Shown here: positions 1 to 9,424 of the stretch, in pieces
Layout of the letters: every line of letters starts with the position of its first letter
How positions within the stretch are numbered: the stretch's first letter is position 1
Source: an uncultured Candidatus Poseidoniales archaeon
Lineage (GTDB): Archaea; Thermoplasmatota; Poseidoniia; Poseidoniales; Thalassarchaeaceae
Direction: 5' to 3'
DNA: 33,021 nt
Assembly: GCA_964441035.1 (NCBI GenBank)
Contig: CAYYKF010000006.1
Coordinates: 2,160 to 35,180 of the forward strand
The notes under the pieces: model-generated
Databases searched by the model: none
The model's input: only the letters and a program-made list of their open reading frames with translations
What the model was told of the DNA's origin: nothing
Position numbers and translations under genes: made by a program

Positions 1-729
1 GAAATCAAAAAAGCGATGCAAGAAGTTGGTAGAGGACTCCGGAATCATTTGAAGAAAAGCGCACAAAAGAAAAAGGCACAGGAAAAATTCGAGCTAGTCA
101 ATGTTATTCTTCCTGAGATTCATGACAAAACAATTGGCATTCTGAATGAAGAAGCTGTGCCTCTAGAGCCAGTCATCACACGAATCATGAATGCCGTATT
201 CTGTGAAGATGCAATTGAATGGAATAGTGAGTTGAAAATCACTCAGGCCTCAATTCAGATTTTCAATTATACAGCCCGCCCGAGGGCCTACACAATTCTG
301 TCAACATGGCCAGAAAAAGAAGGTGTCGAGATGGTCGTGAATGAAAGGGGAGGGCGACGTGAAGCGCGTGGGCTCTGGGCCTGGAAATTAGAAACTTTAG
401 ATCCTGGCCAAAATACAACTGTTGAGTTCTCAGTTGGCGGGTTATCCAAAGGGGATTGGAATGATTTTGATATCTTCTTCCGAGGTGCTGGTGACATCAT
501 TGGTGCAACGAAATTGGACGAGGATATTCTTGCTGAAATGTTACGAGAAGAGGAAGCACAATTGAGTCAGGAAGAAGTTGCGGTCGAACCTGAAGTATCA
601 AGTCCAGATTTAGAGATTCAAGAAGTATCACAAGAAATAGATGAAAACAATTCGGAGGAATCATGGCAAAGCACAGACAATCCGAGTGATATATTGTCGT
701 GGACTTCAAGTGAGGAGGAAGAAGAATGA
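1..729 (+). CDS. top6B: DNA topoisomerase VI subunit B, C-terminal part (5'-truncated by window edge)
   Basis: Frame open from base 1 (EIKKAMQEVGRGLRNHL resembles the Top6B transducer stalk helix); followed by a beta-rich domain and acidic tail; stop overlaps the top6A start (ATGA at 726-729). Confidence 0.85.
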   Translation, partial: EIKKAMQEVGRGLRNHLKKSAQKKKAQEKFELVNVILPEIHDKTIGILNEEAVPLEPVITRIMNAVFCEDAIEWNSELKITQASIQIFNYTARPRAYTILSTWPEKEGVEMVVNERGGRREARGLWAWKLETLDPGQNTTVEFSVGGLSKGDWNDFDIFFRGAGDIIGATKLDEDILAEMLREEEAQLSQEEVAVEPEVSSPDLEIQEVSQEIDENNSEESWQSTDNPSDILSWTSSEEEEE

Positions 730-1832
730 GTATTACAACAAGAAAAACTCGAGAGGAAGTTGTAGAGAATCTGCATGGCGTGGCCAAAGAGATGTACAAA
801 CGAATGGTCATGGGTGAACCGCCAAGGATGACCTTACCAGTTAGGACCAAGAATAATATTGGATTTGATAATAAGTTGGGGGTTTACAAATACGGCAAAA
901 AGAGGTCTGTTCGGGATGCAACCAGTTTGGGAAGTGCAAGGCAACTATTGCGTGCATTACACATCATTGAATTCATTGAAGAAATGATTGATGCTGAAAA
1001 ATCATCCACCCTTCGAGAAATGTATTACATTTCTGAATCTTGGGGGCACGGAAAATTCAGTACACAAAATGAAAGTAACAACCTTGCTGAAGACCTTGAA
1101 ATTGTGACCAAATGTTTACGAGAAGATTTCAAACTTCGACCAGAAGAAGATGGAGCAAGAATGATTGGAAATATCACACTAAATGAACTAAATCGGCGTG
1201 GGGAATGGATGAAAATCAATGCACGTGACGACGTAGGCGATTCAGGTTACGGTGTTCCATACAATGTTGAGTCTGAAAAAATTAAGTTGATAGAACATGA
1301 TGTTAATTTCATCATGGCAATTGAGACAGGTGGTATGTTCGACCGGCTCGTTGAAAATGGATTTGATGAAGAATTCGGATGTGGACTTCTACATCTGAAA
1401 GGACAACCTGCAAGATCTACTCGTCGAATTCTCAAACGCATGAACGAAGAATGGGATTTACCAGTCATTGTTTTCCTTGACGGTGATCCTTGGTCATTCA
1501 GAATTTTTGCAAGCATCGCATATGGTGCAATTAAGACTGCACACATCTCCGAATATCTTGCAACTCCTTCTGCGCAATATCTTGGTATTACTGCAGATGA
1601 TATCGAGGCATATGATTTGCCGAGTGATAAATTGTCTAGTAAGGATGTGGAGGCACTGAAGGCTGAACTTAGTGATCCTCGATTTGCAGATGGTTGGTGG
1701 CAAGAGCAAATTCAGATGATGTTGTCACTTGGTAAAAAAGCGGAGCAGCAATCTCTGGCGAAATATGGATTAGATTTCGTAACAGACACATATCTGCCCG
1801 AAAAATTGGGTGAAATTGGGCTCGGCAAGTGA
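726..1832 (+). CDS. top6A: DNA topoisomerase VI subunit A (Spo11 family)
   Basis: TLREMYY catalytic Tyr motif, TOPRIM motifs AIETGG and DGDPW, LKGQPARSTRR, KAEQQSL; 368 aa. Confidence 0.97.
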   Translation: MSITTRKTREEVVENLHGVAKEMYKRMVMGEPPRMTLPVRTKNNIGFDNKLGVYKYGKKRSVRDATSLGSARQLLRALHIIEFIEEMIDAEKSSTLREMYYISESWGHGKFSTQNESNNLAEDLEIVTKCLREDFKLRPEEDGARMIGNITLNELNRRGEWMKINARDDVGDSGYGVPYNVESEKIKLIEHDVNFIMAIETGGMFDRLVENGFDEEFGCGLLHLKGQPARSTRRILKRMNEEWDLPVIVFLDGDPWSFRIFASIAYGAIKTAHISEYLATPSAQYLGITADDIEAYDLPSDKLSSKDVEALKAELSDPRFADGWWQEQIQMMLSLGKKAEQQSLAKYGLDFVTDTYLPEKLGEIGLGK

Positions 1833-1872
1833 GCGGAACTCAGATGAAGAACTTCGGAGTTGGCGAATCGTG

Positions 1873-2718
1873 ATGCAGAATCGGTGGCCCAAACGTTTGC
1901 TCATCAGCAGCGCGGTTCTACTCCTCATTTCTTCAATAGTCATTTGGACAAATTGGGATGATTTTGTTTCTGCAATGGATCCTGAAAATAACAATGTAGC
2001 ACGAGTGGAAGGGGGTGAAGAGGAATCTGTTGAACTAAGTGATGGACGGACATATATTGCCTATCGATTGGATTCTTCAGCAACAAACCTCACAATCATT
2101 GAAAGTCAGACTGGAGCTGAGGTTGGACGAAGTTCACCAGGAATACTACAAGGTGATAGATTTGGAGAAGATGACAAAATTTACACTGCAGTCGGAGTTT
2201 ACAATCCAGACGCTGATGGTCTTCATCTTGTCCAGAATCATGACCCCGAATTTGTTCTTTGGCTAGTAGATAGTGAGAAGCTTACAGGGGATAATTCAGC
2301 ACTACTCATGCTTGAAGGGGGGTGCTTTGGAATTATCTGTGGTGTCTGCTTGATTCCTATTGCTGGAATTCTTTGGCTCACGAGCAGAAAGACTGCGCAG
2401 GCCCCTGGACTGGTCATGGAAACTGCGGATGGGAAACAGATTCCTCTTGCAGTGAGTGATAGTGAAATTCAACAGCGTGTACCCACAACTGACGAAGTGT
2501 GGGCAAGCGTCCACGGGGGTATTCCGATTGATCTCTCTATGAGTGCCATTCCCGTTGAGGAGGATGTGCCGCCTCCATTTGCAGATCGACCCGATAATGA
2601 TGTACATCTACCTCGAGCAATTGATGAAATCGAACAAATCGAGGAAAGTATTACTGAGGAATCAGATAATGATTCAGAAAATGTGGAACAAGGTTGGAAA
2701 TCGTGGGATGAAGGGTGA
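1873..2718 (+). CDS. Hypothetical membrane protein (N-terminal anchor, extracellular beta domain, Cys-rich TM, acidic cytoplasmic tail)
   Basis: Hydrophobic segments LLISSAVLLLISSIVIW and GGCFGIICGVCLIPIAGILWL; start chosen at ATG 1873 after the top6A stop. Confidence 0.7.
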   Translation: MQNRWPKRLLISSAVLLLISSIVIWTNWDDFVSAMDPENNNVARVEGGEEESVELSDGRTYIAYRLDSSATNLTIIESQTGAEVGRSSPGILQGDRFGEDDKIYTAVGVYNPDADGLHLVQNHDPEFVLWLVDSEKLTGDNSALLMLEGGCFGIICGVCLIPIAGILWLTSRKTAQAPGLVMETADGKQIPLAVSDSEIQQRVPTTDEVWASVHGGIPIDLSMSAIPVEEDVPPPFADRPDNDVHLPRAIDEIEQIEESITEESDNDSENVEQGWKSWDEG

Positions 2719-2770
2719 ATCATCCGAGGATTGATATGACTCCGTTGGCTAGTTAACGTTGGGTTGTACA

Positions 2771-3511
2771 GTGGTGACTGACTTCGATACCGCGTTATCG
2801 ATATTGGAAAATGGCATCCGTCGCGCAATATTGGAGCGGCTTGTGCGCGAACCACACTACCCTTTACAATTGGCTGAATTGCTTGAAGTTTCACAACAAG
2901 CAATAATGAAACATCTCAAAGTCTTGGAAAAAACTGGCTTTGTCAGTAGTGAAAAAGTACCGAGTGAGAAAGGTGGGCCCCCGAAACGAATCTATGCAGT
3001 AACTCAATCATTCTCCTTGCGACTCGATTTGGGGCCTGATTTATTTCGAACTGAACATCGCCAGTTACCCGAGGGCGGTCCGATTCGTCTTTCTGGTAAA
3101 CTCCCTCGGGACGCGTTGAACATTGTTGAAAAAGTGGGTACCAGGCGTAATTTACCAATGGCCGAAGCCATGGGATTACTATCTGAATTGAATAATGAAT
3201 TAGATCGTCTTGATGCAGAAAGAGATGCATTGATTGCTCTCCATCAACAAATTAAGCACAAAGCAAGCAGAACTGTCGATGATGAATTCGAGCAATATGA
3301 AGAAAGGCAACTTGCTCACGCTCTTTTGGAAACTCCCCGTAGACCGGTTGATTTGGACCGTTTTTGCGCTGGCCTGCAAATACAACCTCAAAGAGCTGAG
3401 GAGATGATGAACTCACTTCGCAGCCTCATGATGAGGCAAATTGGAAACGAAATGGGAGCAGTCATTGCTGCCACCGACGACAGTTTGTTGCCGTGGTGGC
3501 TGGCAAAGTAA
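2771..3511 (+). CDS. ArsR-family winged-HTH transcriptional regulator with C-terminal coiled coil
   Basis: LENGIRRAILERL...YPLQLAELLEVSQQAIMKHLKVLEKTGFV...GGPPKRIY is the typical archaeal ArsR/COG1777 pattern; start GTG 2771 or 2774. Confidence 0.88.
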   Translation: MVTDFDTALSILENGIRRAILERLVREPHYPLQLAELLEVSQQAIMKHLKVLEKTGFVSSEKVPSEKGGPPKRIYAVTQSFSLRLDLGPDLFRTEHRQLPEGGPIRLSGKLPRDALNIVEKVGTRRNLPMAEAMGLLSELNNELDRLDAERDALIALHQQIKHKASRTVDDEFEQYEERQLAHALLETPRRPVDLDRFCAGLQIQPQRAEEMMNSLRSLMMRQIGNEMGAVIAATDDSLLPWWLAK

Positions 3512-3537
3512 CTTATCCTGGATGTATAATTCTGAAA

Positions 3538-6500
3538 TCAGAATCGAAGATCCTCTTCGTAAGTGATGATGCTAGATTGGGCATCCACGCGTGCTAGTGC
3601 ATCTCGGCGACGTGCAATCATAACCATTCCTGCAACACCGAGTAGAGCAATGGTGAGTAGTAAAATCATTGTAGGAACAGACCATTCGCTAGCAACTTCC
3701 ATTACAACGTCGAAGAAGCCATTATTGCTTGACAATTCACCAACATCTCGGCGATTATTGGCCTCATTGGCTTCAATGATTAGATTACCAGGGTCCACAA
3801 TTACAGTGAGGTCATGTGTACCTGCCTTAACGGGATATAGCAGTGTAATCTCAACTGCATCTGCATCGCCTGAACCACTATCATCTGGAGGCATTAGTGC
3901 ACCTATTACTTGCCGATAAGCAATGTTTTCATCCTCACAAATATTCTTTCGGAGGTTGCTAGAGGATTCATCTTCACAAAGTACGATATTGATGTCAATA
4001 GCATGGACATTTCCACGATTGATTACCTTGACTTTGATTGCTATCATTTCCCCTACTGCTGCTTCATCATCTACGGCCACTACCTCGATAATCTCAAGGT
4101 CTGGTGCACGGAGACGGATTCGGAGAACTTGTTCGTTAGTATCACAATTGCTTCCCAAGTTATCAGGTTGGCCGTCATTGTTTTCATCGACTGTGCAACT
4201 ATCCGACCAACTGGTGGTCTCATCAGCATCGCCATCCGGTGAACTGCCATAATTCGACATTACTTTGATACCAATCTCTCTGTTTGCAAGAGCTGCGGTT
4301 GGACTGATTTCTATGATGACCATCAACTGTACAGTGGTGTATGCGTCCATCTCTGCAAGACTCCACGTTCCATCCCCATGTTTGACGCAGCCTTCCGCTG
4401 GTGCTGCTTGGTCAGGAACGATAGTGACGCAGGGAATTTCACGAGGGAATTCAGTATTGAAATCTTCAACCATTGCATAACGAATGTTCCATGTGTCGAG
4501 AGCACCCATTCCGGGTCTGTCATCCCATGTATCGCCACTCTTTGTGTGATTGTGTATCGTTGGAATATCCGGGACATTTCCATTATTCGTCACATTGAGT
4601 AAATATCGTACAGTGCGCCCTGGTGCTGTGGTTTTTACCTGGCTTTCAACTGCCTCATCAAGGAAAATTTGCATGTCGTGATATTCTCGAACTGTAAGAG
4701 TGTAAGTAATCGAGTCACGTTCGGTTGTACCCTCATAACTTTCCTCGCTGTGTACCTTGAATACAACGTGATAGGTGCCGGCAACAATCTGATCTGGAAT
4801 GTGGATTGTGACAGGTACAATATGACTAGACAAGTTCGCTTCTGCATTCTCTACAGTATCGCGTTCAAGTTGATGGGGTGGGAAATCAATTCCCTCGATA
4901 TCCCATAACAATTGATTACCTTCTGAGTCTGATATCTGCGACAGTCTCAAATCGTAACGATCTGGTCCATTACCTGTGTTCAAAGTCTCTATATTAACGA
5001 TTAAATCGTCTGCTGGGGAGACTGTGTAGGATGTATCATCTGTACTCATGTCAAGGCCATACACATGCCGAACATTTGTTGAAAGGATTGTTGAATCTGA
5101 AACCTTGTATGAATTTGCAAGATGTGCCCTCACAGTAATTGGTTCACCTAGGCCGGCGGGTGCATTTCTTGGCGCACATACCGTTGCATTCACTTGGTAT
5201 GGATGTTCTTCTGGCCACCATCTAGGGACACCTGGATCGTATCGTTCAGCGGGTTCATAGCCATCAGGAGCATTGAAGAAATCTAGAACCACAGTCCAAT
5301 GATCCCCTTGCCATGCATACTCTGTTGGATACATCGAAGTAATCTCATCATCCTCGGAGTCATACTGAGTTGGTGCACCTGGGGTAGAGAAAATCAAGTT
5401 ACCTGGCCCGAAATTCTTTGTTACCAATATGGGGTATGTGTGACACTCGCCAGGGAATACATGTTCCGATGTGTCATATATTTGGAAAACGATGTTTCCA
5501 GTAGAACGTATACTAACGTTTACCCACAATTCGAGAATATCATATGTACCCTTGTCAACGCTCTTGACTGGTTCACCCATCGACCAACCTTTCAGATATA
5601 ATGCGAATGTCCCGATACTATTGTTATTCATTGGAACTGCAATCTCCAAATTCTTAGTGACTGATTGTCCTGGGTCAAGGCTAACCATCTGAGGGAATGT
5701 GATTTGCCAACCAAAAGGCATCAACCATTCTGCTTGCCCTTGAAGTGTGGTAGGGTCATAGAAAGCAAATGAGTCGAAAACGTTACCAGTATTCGTAATT
5801 GTAATCGAGAAAATTGCTGTTTGACCTTGCTCAATATCGGATTGATAATGACTTGTTTCAAGCTCTATTCCATGTTTGACATCCATCAATGTTAATGTCA
5901 ATCTATCGCTACGTATAGCCGGATCTTTGTAAGAGACTGCACTGACTGTAATCTGTCCAAGTTCATCGTGGTTTGCCTGATATATCGATGGGGCGCGTAC
6001 TCGCAAATAAACACGTACTGACTCACCGCCCATCAAGAAAATTGGAGTTTCTGGGAAAATTGCGGTGTGATTGTCCGAGAAGAATAAATTCGCAGTCCAA
6101 TTAACAGGTACGCCTGACAGGTTCACAGAAAATGTATCTGAAACTAGGTCTATCGGTCCTGGTGTTGTATTATTGATGGTCATGTTGTACATTGTTTGTT
6201 CACCGGGTTCGATCACATGGTAGTATGTTTCTCCATCTGCCAATTCAATGTCAACTTGTCCCGTAAGCACGTGTGTGTAACAAAGTGTGTACGCACCATT
6301 GTTTGAATTGTCATTGCATTTATTCGTATCCGACCATGCTATATGCGCACCACTCCCTAAATCATTAGCAAATGCTGGTGGTTGAGATATCTCGGGATTG
6401 CGGCCATTGTTGGGACCTAGTTTGTCACTATTCCATTCTGTGATATCTACACGCTCCCATGGGTCAAGGACGGCGGCTGCAATACTATTTAGCGGCCAAT

Positions 6501-8622
6501 CCGCCTTGTCATTGGTGTGATTCAAACGGGTATATTGGATTGATTCGCCTTGTGAGATGTTTGAGTTCTCTAACCATGAAAGATGAACGTTGTTTTGATC
6601 GTCTGTAATAATCTGAGGCATGTATGATGATGCGCTGTAGTAATTATTCGGGTTGAGATTTCCAAGGCCTTCGACATGTGATATTCTCGTATCTACAATT
6701 TTCTTTATCCCATAGGTTGGCAATCCACCTTCTACTCCATCCCAATTTGCAGCCCCGCGAAGACGTAGGCGGGAATAATACACCTCGTAATTATCATCCT
6801 TATTGAATCCATAATCGCGGGTATCCATCCAAGCAATATGGGTGTCACCACTGTTATCAATGCTAAGTGATGGGTGTAGGCTAAACGCGTCATCAAGTGT
6901 CACACGGGTGTCATTAACCACCACAAGATGGCCATATCCATTGGTATCTTGGCTTGGCCCTAAATCCTCAGTGTATCTGTTGCCTGACTCATCAGTACCA
7001 GACATTCCGTAAGACCATCCAGGAGCTGGATTTTGTAACTTCGCGTAGGGGTCAAGGACTGTCATGTAAATCTCGCGACTGTTGTTGGTTGCAAGGAATA
7101 CCATCGCTTCGACTAGGGTCTGCATGTTGTTTGATCCTGAGGCTGGGAAAGCGTAAACTTGGCCGCCTGCATCTGTGTTTCTAGTCGTTGAGCCCTGACA
7201 CGTTCTTGGGTTCATGTTGACTTGTCCGTTTGGACATTGAGCTAAGTCCTTCATGTGGCTAGATACCTGCTGATTTGCTCCCCACGAAGAACCATACAGT
7301 CCCACAGGGATTACGCCTGCTTCGACACATGCGTCATGTGCTTCATTGATACTTGCAATATCGTCTGATTGTTGGGGAGGGTCGCCACCCTTTGGCCCCT
7401 CGTCACTGATTGGAATCACAATTTTTGTTGCATTTGGATTCCACTTGTGGTCATGAGTTGTTGGTGGGTTACCGGGGACGTTGCCCTGTGCATCAATCCA
7501 GGAATAACAAGCCCAAGTAGAACCTGGGCCCCAATCTTCTCCCTGATAACCGCCACTCTGTGCACCACCATTGTAGATGGTACTGTGCAATTTGATTAAG
7601 CCGCCCGAATCATCGCCGCTGTCAAGGTGATTTGAACGCGGGTTCTCGTGATGCGGTGGATTGGCACATGCTCCGGAGTTGGCTGCAGATGGGAAGAAAC
7701 CGCCAAGGGCGTAAAGTGTTTCGAAAACTGTGATGTTTGCATCTTGTAGCATTGGCTTGATACCTGAGAAAGCCCCTCCATTGGACCATTGTCCACCATA
7801 GAATACGACACACATATCTGCCCATTCGGAGTACATCGAGCCCGAGGTGTCGATTGGTGCCACAATCTCTACTTTACCGCCACGGGTATCATCCCAAGCA
7901 ATTTGCACAAAATCATCCGCATCAATCGCAATATCGGGGTGTCCTTTGTGACCAATGATTGGCGTTAATAGAGTAGAGTCAATTGCCGTGATAGCAATTC
8001 CTGCAGCAATATCTATCTCAAGGAATTTGTAGTAAATCTGTGGTTGTTGGAAATATTTGTCGTGGCGATCATACGAATCCTCCCATACAATGTGGGCATT
8101 ATCAAGACTGTCAACCGCAATTGCGGGATAATCTCGATTCTGTTGGCGTACTACCACGTCGGTGTCGTCAATGATGCTAATTGCATTATCATCAGATGCT
8201 GAGCCATCCATCGCAGCCAAGGAAGGGTCGAGTAAGGTGTATAGGATGGTGTGTTGATTTGCCTTGTCTGCCCAAGTAACATGAATTCGGTCTTCTGAAT
8301 CGACATCAATGTCTGGGTGCCAAGCACGGTGAGCGCCGGGGTTTGAAATCTGAGTCGCATCAATTACTGTTTGTGCCCTTGCATCCATCATAGTGTAATA
8401 CAGATGCTGTGTATTCCTGCTCCAAACAATGTGGATATTTCCTTCGCTATCGGCAACCATTGATGCCATGCGTTCATTCAAAGCTCCTCCATCAACCACT
8501 TGGACGGCGTCGGTAATGACGACTGTTGCGCCTTGAGCAGTAGGTGGTGTATATCCTACGGCTAGTGTGCTCATCAAGAAGATTAGCACCATCGTGATGC
8601 TTCCGTGCTTGCTATTATTCAT
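3538..8622 (-). CDS. Large membrane-anchored surface protein: signal peptide, 7-repeat beta-propeller with inserted VWA domain, about 5 NEW3/Ig-like domains, CARDB domain, C-terminal TM helix
   Basis: Start MNNSKHGSITMVLIFL (ATG 8622); repeats DxxxxxHxxW; MIDAS DTSGS; NTGN/NNGN Ig-like repeats; CARDB PDL...VDPGNLIIEANEANN; TM ILLLTIALLGVAGMVMIA followed by RRR. Confidence 0.85.
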   Translation of the reverse strand: MNNSKHGSITMVLIFLMSTLAVGYTPPTAQGATVVITDAVQVVDGGALNERMASMVADSEGNIHIVWSRNTQHLYYTMMDARAQTVIDATQISNPGAHRAWHPDIDVDSEDRIHVTWADKANQHTILYTLLDPSLAAMDGSASDDNAISIIDDTDVVVRQQNRDYPAIAVDSLDNAHIVWEDSYDRHDKYFQQPQIYYKFLEIDIAAGIAITAIDSTLLTPIIGHKGHPDIAIDADDFVQIAWDDTRGGKVEIVAPIDTSGSMYSEWADMCVVFYGGQWSNGGAFSGIKPMLQDANITVFETLYALGGFFPSAANSGACANPPHHENPRSNHLDSGDDSGGLIKLHSTIYNGGAQSGGYQGEDWGPGSTWACYSWIDAQGNVPGNPPTTHDHKWNPNATKIVIPISDEGPKGGDPPQQSDDIASINEAHDACVEAGVIPVGLYGSSWGANQQVSSHMKDLAQCPNGQVNMNPRTCQGSTTRNTDAGGQVYAFPASGSNNMQTLVEAMVFLATNNSREIYMTVLDPYAKLQNPAPGWSYGMSGTDESGNRYTEDLGPSQDTNGYGHLVVVNDTRVTLDDAFSLHPSLSIDNSGDTHIAWMDTRDYGFNKDDNYEVYYSRLRLRGAANWDGVEGGLPTYGIKKIVDTRISHVEGLGNLNPNNYYSASSYMPQIITDDQNNVHLSWLENSNISQGESIQYTRLNHTNDKADWPLNSIAAAVLDPWERVDITEWNSDKLGPNNGRNPEISQPPAFANDLGSGAHIAWSDTNKCNDNSNNGAYTLCYTHVLTGQVDIELADGETYYHVIEPGEQTMYNMTINNTTPGPIDLVSDTFSVNLSGVPVNWTANLFFSDNHTAIFPETPIFLMGGESVRVYLRVRAPSIYQANHDELGQITVSAVSYKDPAIRSDRLTLTLMDVKHGIELETSHYQSDIEQGQTAIFSITITNTGNVFDSFAFYDPTTLQGQAEWLMPFGWQITFPQMVSLDPGQSVTKNLEIAVPMNNNSIGTFALYLKGWSMGEPVKSVDKGTYDILELWVNVSIRSTGNIVFQIYDTSEHVFPGECHTYPILVTKNFGPGNLIFSTPGAPTQYDSEDDEITSMYPTEYAWQGDHWTVVLDFFNAPDGYEPAERYDPGVPRWWPEEHPYQVNATVCAPRNAPAGLGEPITVRAHLANSYKVSDSTILSTNVRHVYGLDMSTDDTSYTVSPADDLIVNIETLNTGNGPDRYDLRLSQISDSEGNQLLWDIEGIDFPPHQLERDTVENAEANLSSHIVPVTIHIPDQIVAGTYHVVFKVHSEESYEGTTERDSITYTLTVREYHDMQIFLDEAVESQVKTTAPGRTVRYLLNVTNNGNVPDIPTIHNHTKSGDTWDDRPGMGALDTWNIRYAMVEDFNTEFPREIPCVTIVPDQAAPAEGCVKHGDGTWSLAEMDAYTTVQLMVIIEISPTAALANREIGIKVMSNYGSSPDGDADETTSWSDSCTVDENNDGQPDNLGSNCDTNEQVLRIRLRAPDLEIIEVVAVDDEAAVGEMIAIKVKVINRGNVHAIDINIVLCEDESSSNLRKNICEDENIAYRQVIGALMPPDDSGSGDADAVEITLLYPVKAGTHDLTVIVDPGNLIIEANEANNRRDVGELSSNNGFFDVVMEVASEWSVPTMILLLTIALLGVAGMVMIARRRDALARVDAQSSIITYEEDLRF

Positions 8623-8777
8623 TTCTCTCAACCCCCAGAGATACTCTCCAGTGTCTTTGCAACGAATTTTACTCCTACTTAATCCAACCCCTCTGCGGTC
8701 AGATGGATGGGGTACTGCGAGGTGATTTGGATTTGTCCTCACATGGGCGCGCGCACAGGCGCTCGTTACCGCTAATA

Positions 8778-9404
8778 TCAAACCCAATCAGAAGGATCGA
8801 AGCCGGTGCCAAATCCACCAGTTTCGTCTGTTTCAACCTCGGATGCTGAAGTCGGTGATTTCTCATCTTGCTTAGGTGGGCCGCCACCTTTGGCCCAATC
8901 ATCTACGGGGCCTGGCCGGCCAATTCCTGGGCCGTATGAAAATTTAATCTCATGGATTATCGACAATTTTGAAAGCCACAAACGACGAAGGGTTTGCATA
9001 ATCTCGTTTTGTGTAACTCCATCAAACCAAATGGGCATGGAGAGGTTGAATGCTTGTAATGGGCCGGGTTTATCCTTTCCATGACCTACGTGCAAAACCC
9101 AATCGACGTTTGCACGGGTAAGATTTAACCGAGTTTCGTGCAACCATTCTTCCCAACCTTCACCATCGGTATCAGAGTGTTTTTTCATCTCATCTTGTTG
9201 CCCTGAATCGACTTGCGTAACAGATGAGACAACAATCAAATTCCTCTTTTTTGGGGAGAGTATGTTGAAAACGTGTCCGTGCTTAGTTGGTGGGTATCTC
9301 ACCAAAAAATGAAAATCCGCTCTGGGGTCTTCTCGAGTTTTGATTTCCAAACCTTCTGAAGTCAACCATTCACGGATTTTGGTCTCCATATCCTCGCTCG
9401 CCAT
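8778..9404 (-). CDS. DUF2299-family archaeal protein
   Basis: N-terminus KIREWLTSEG...DPRADFHFLVRYP and IWFDGVTQNEIMQTL resemble DUF2299; low-complexity C-terminal tail. Confidence 0.7.
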   Translation of the reverse strand: MASEDMETKIREWLTSEGLEIKTREDPRADFHFLVRYPPTKHGHVFNILSPKKRNLIVVSSVTQVDSGQQDEMKKHSDTDGEGWEEWLHETRLNLTRANVDWVLHVGHGKDKPGPLQAFNLSMPIWFDGVTQNEIMQTLRRLWLSKLSIIHEIKFSYGPGIGRPGPVDDWAKGGGPPKQDEKSPTSASEVETDETGGFGTGFDPSDWV

Positions 9405-9424
9405 GTTCCTTCGCCTCTGTTGTC

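Noticed and set aside
8623-8787. 55-codon N-terminal extension of the giant ORF
   Set aside because: It overlaps the DUF2299 stop and precedes an obvious signal peptide beginning at ATG 8622.
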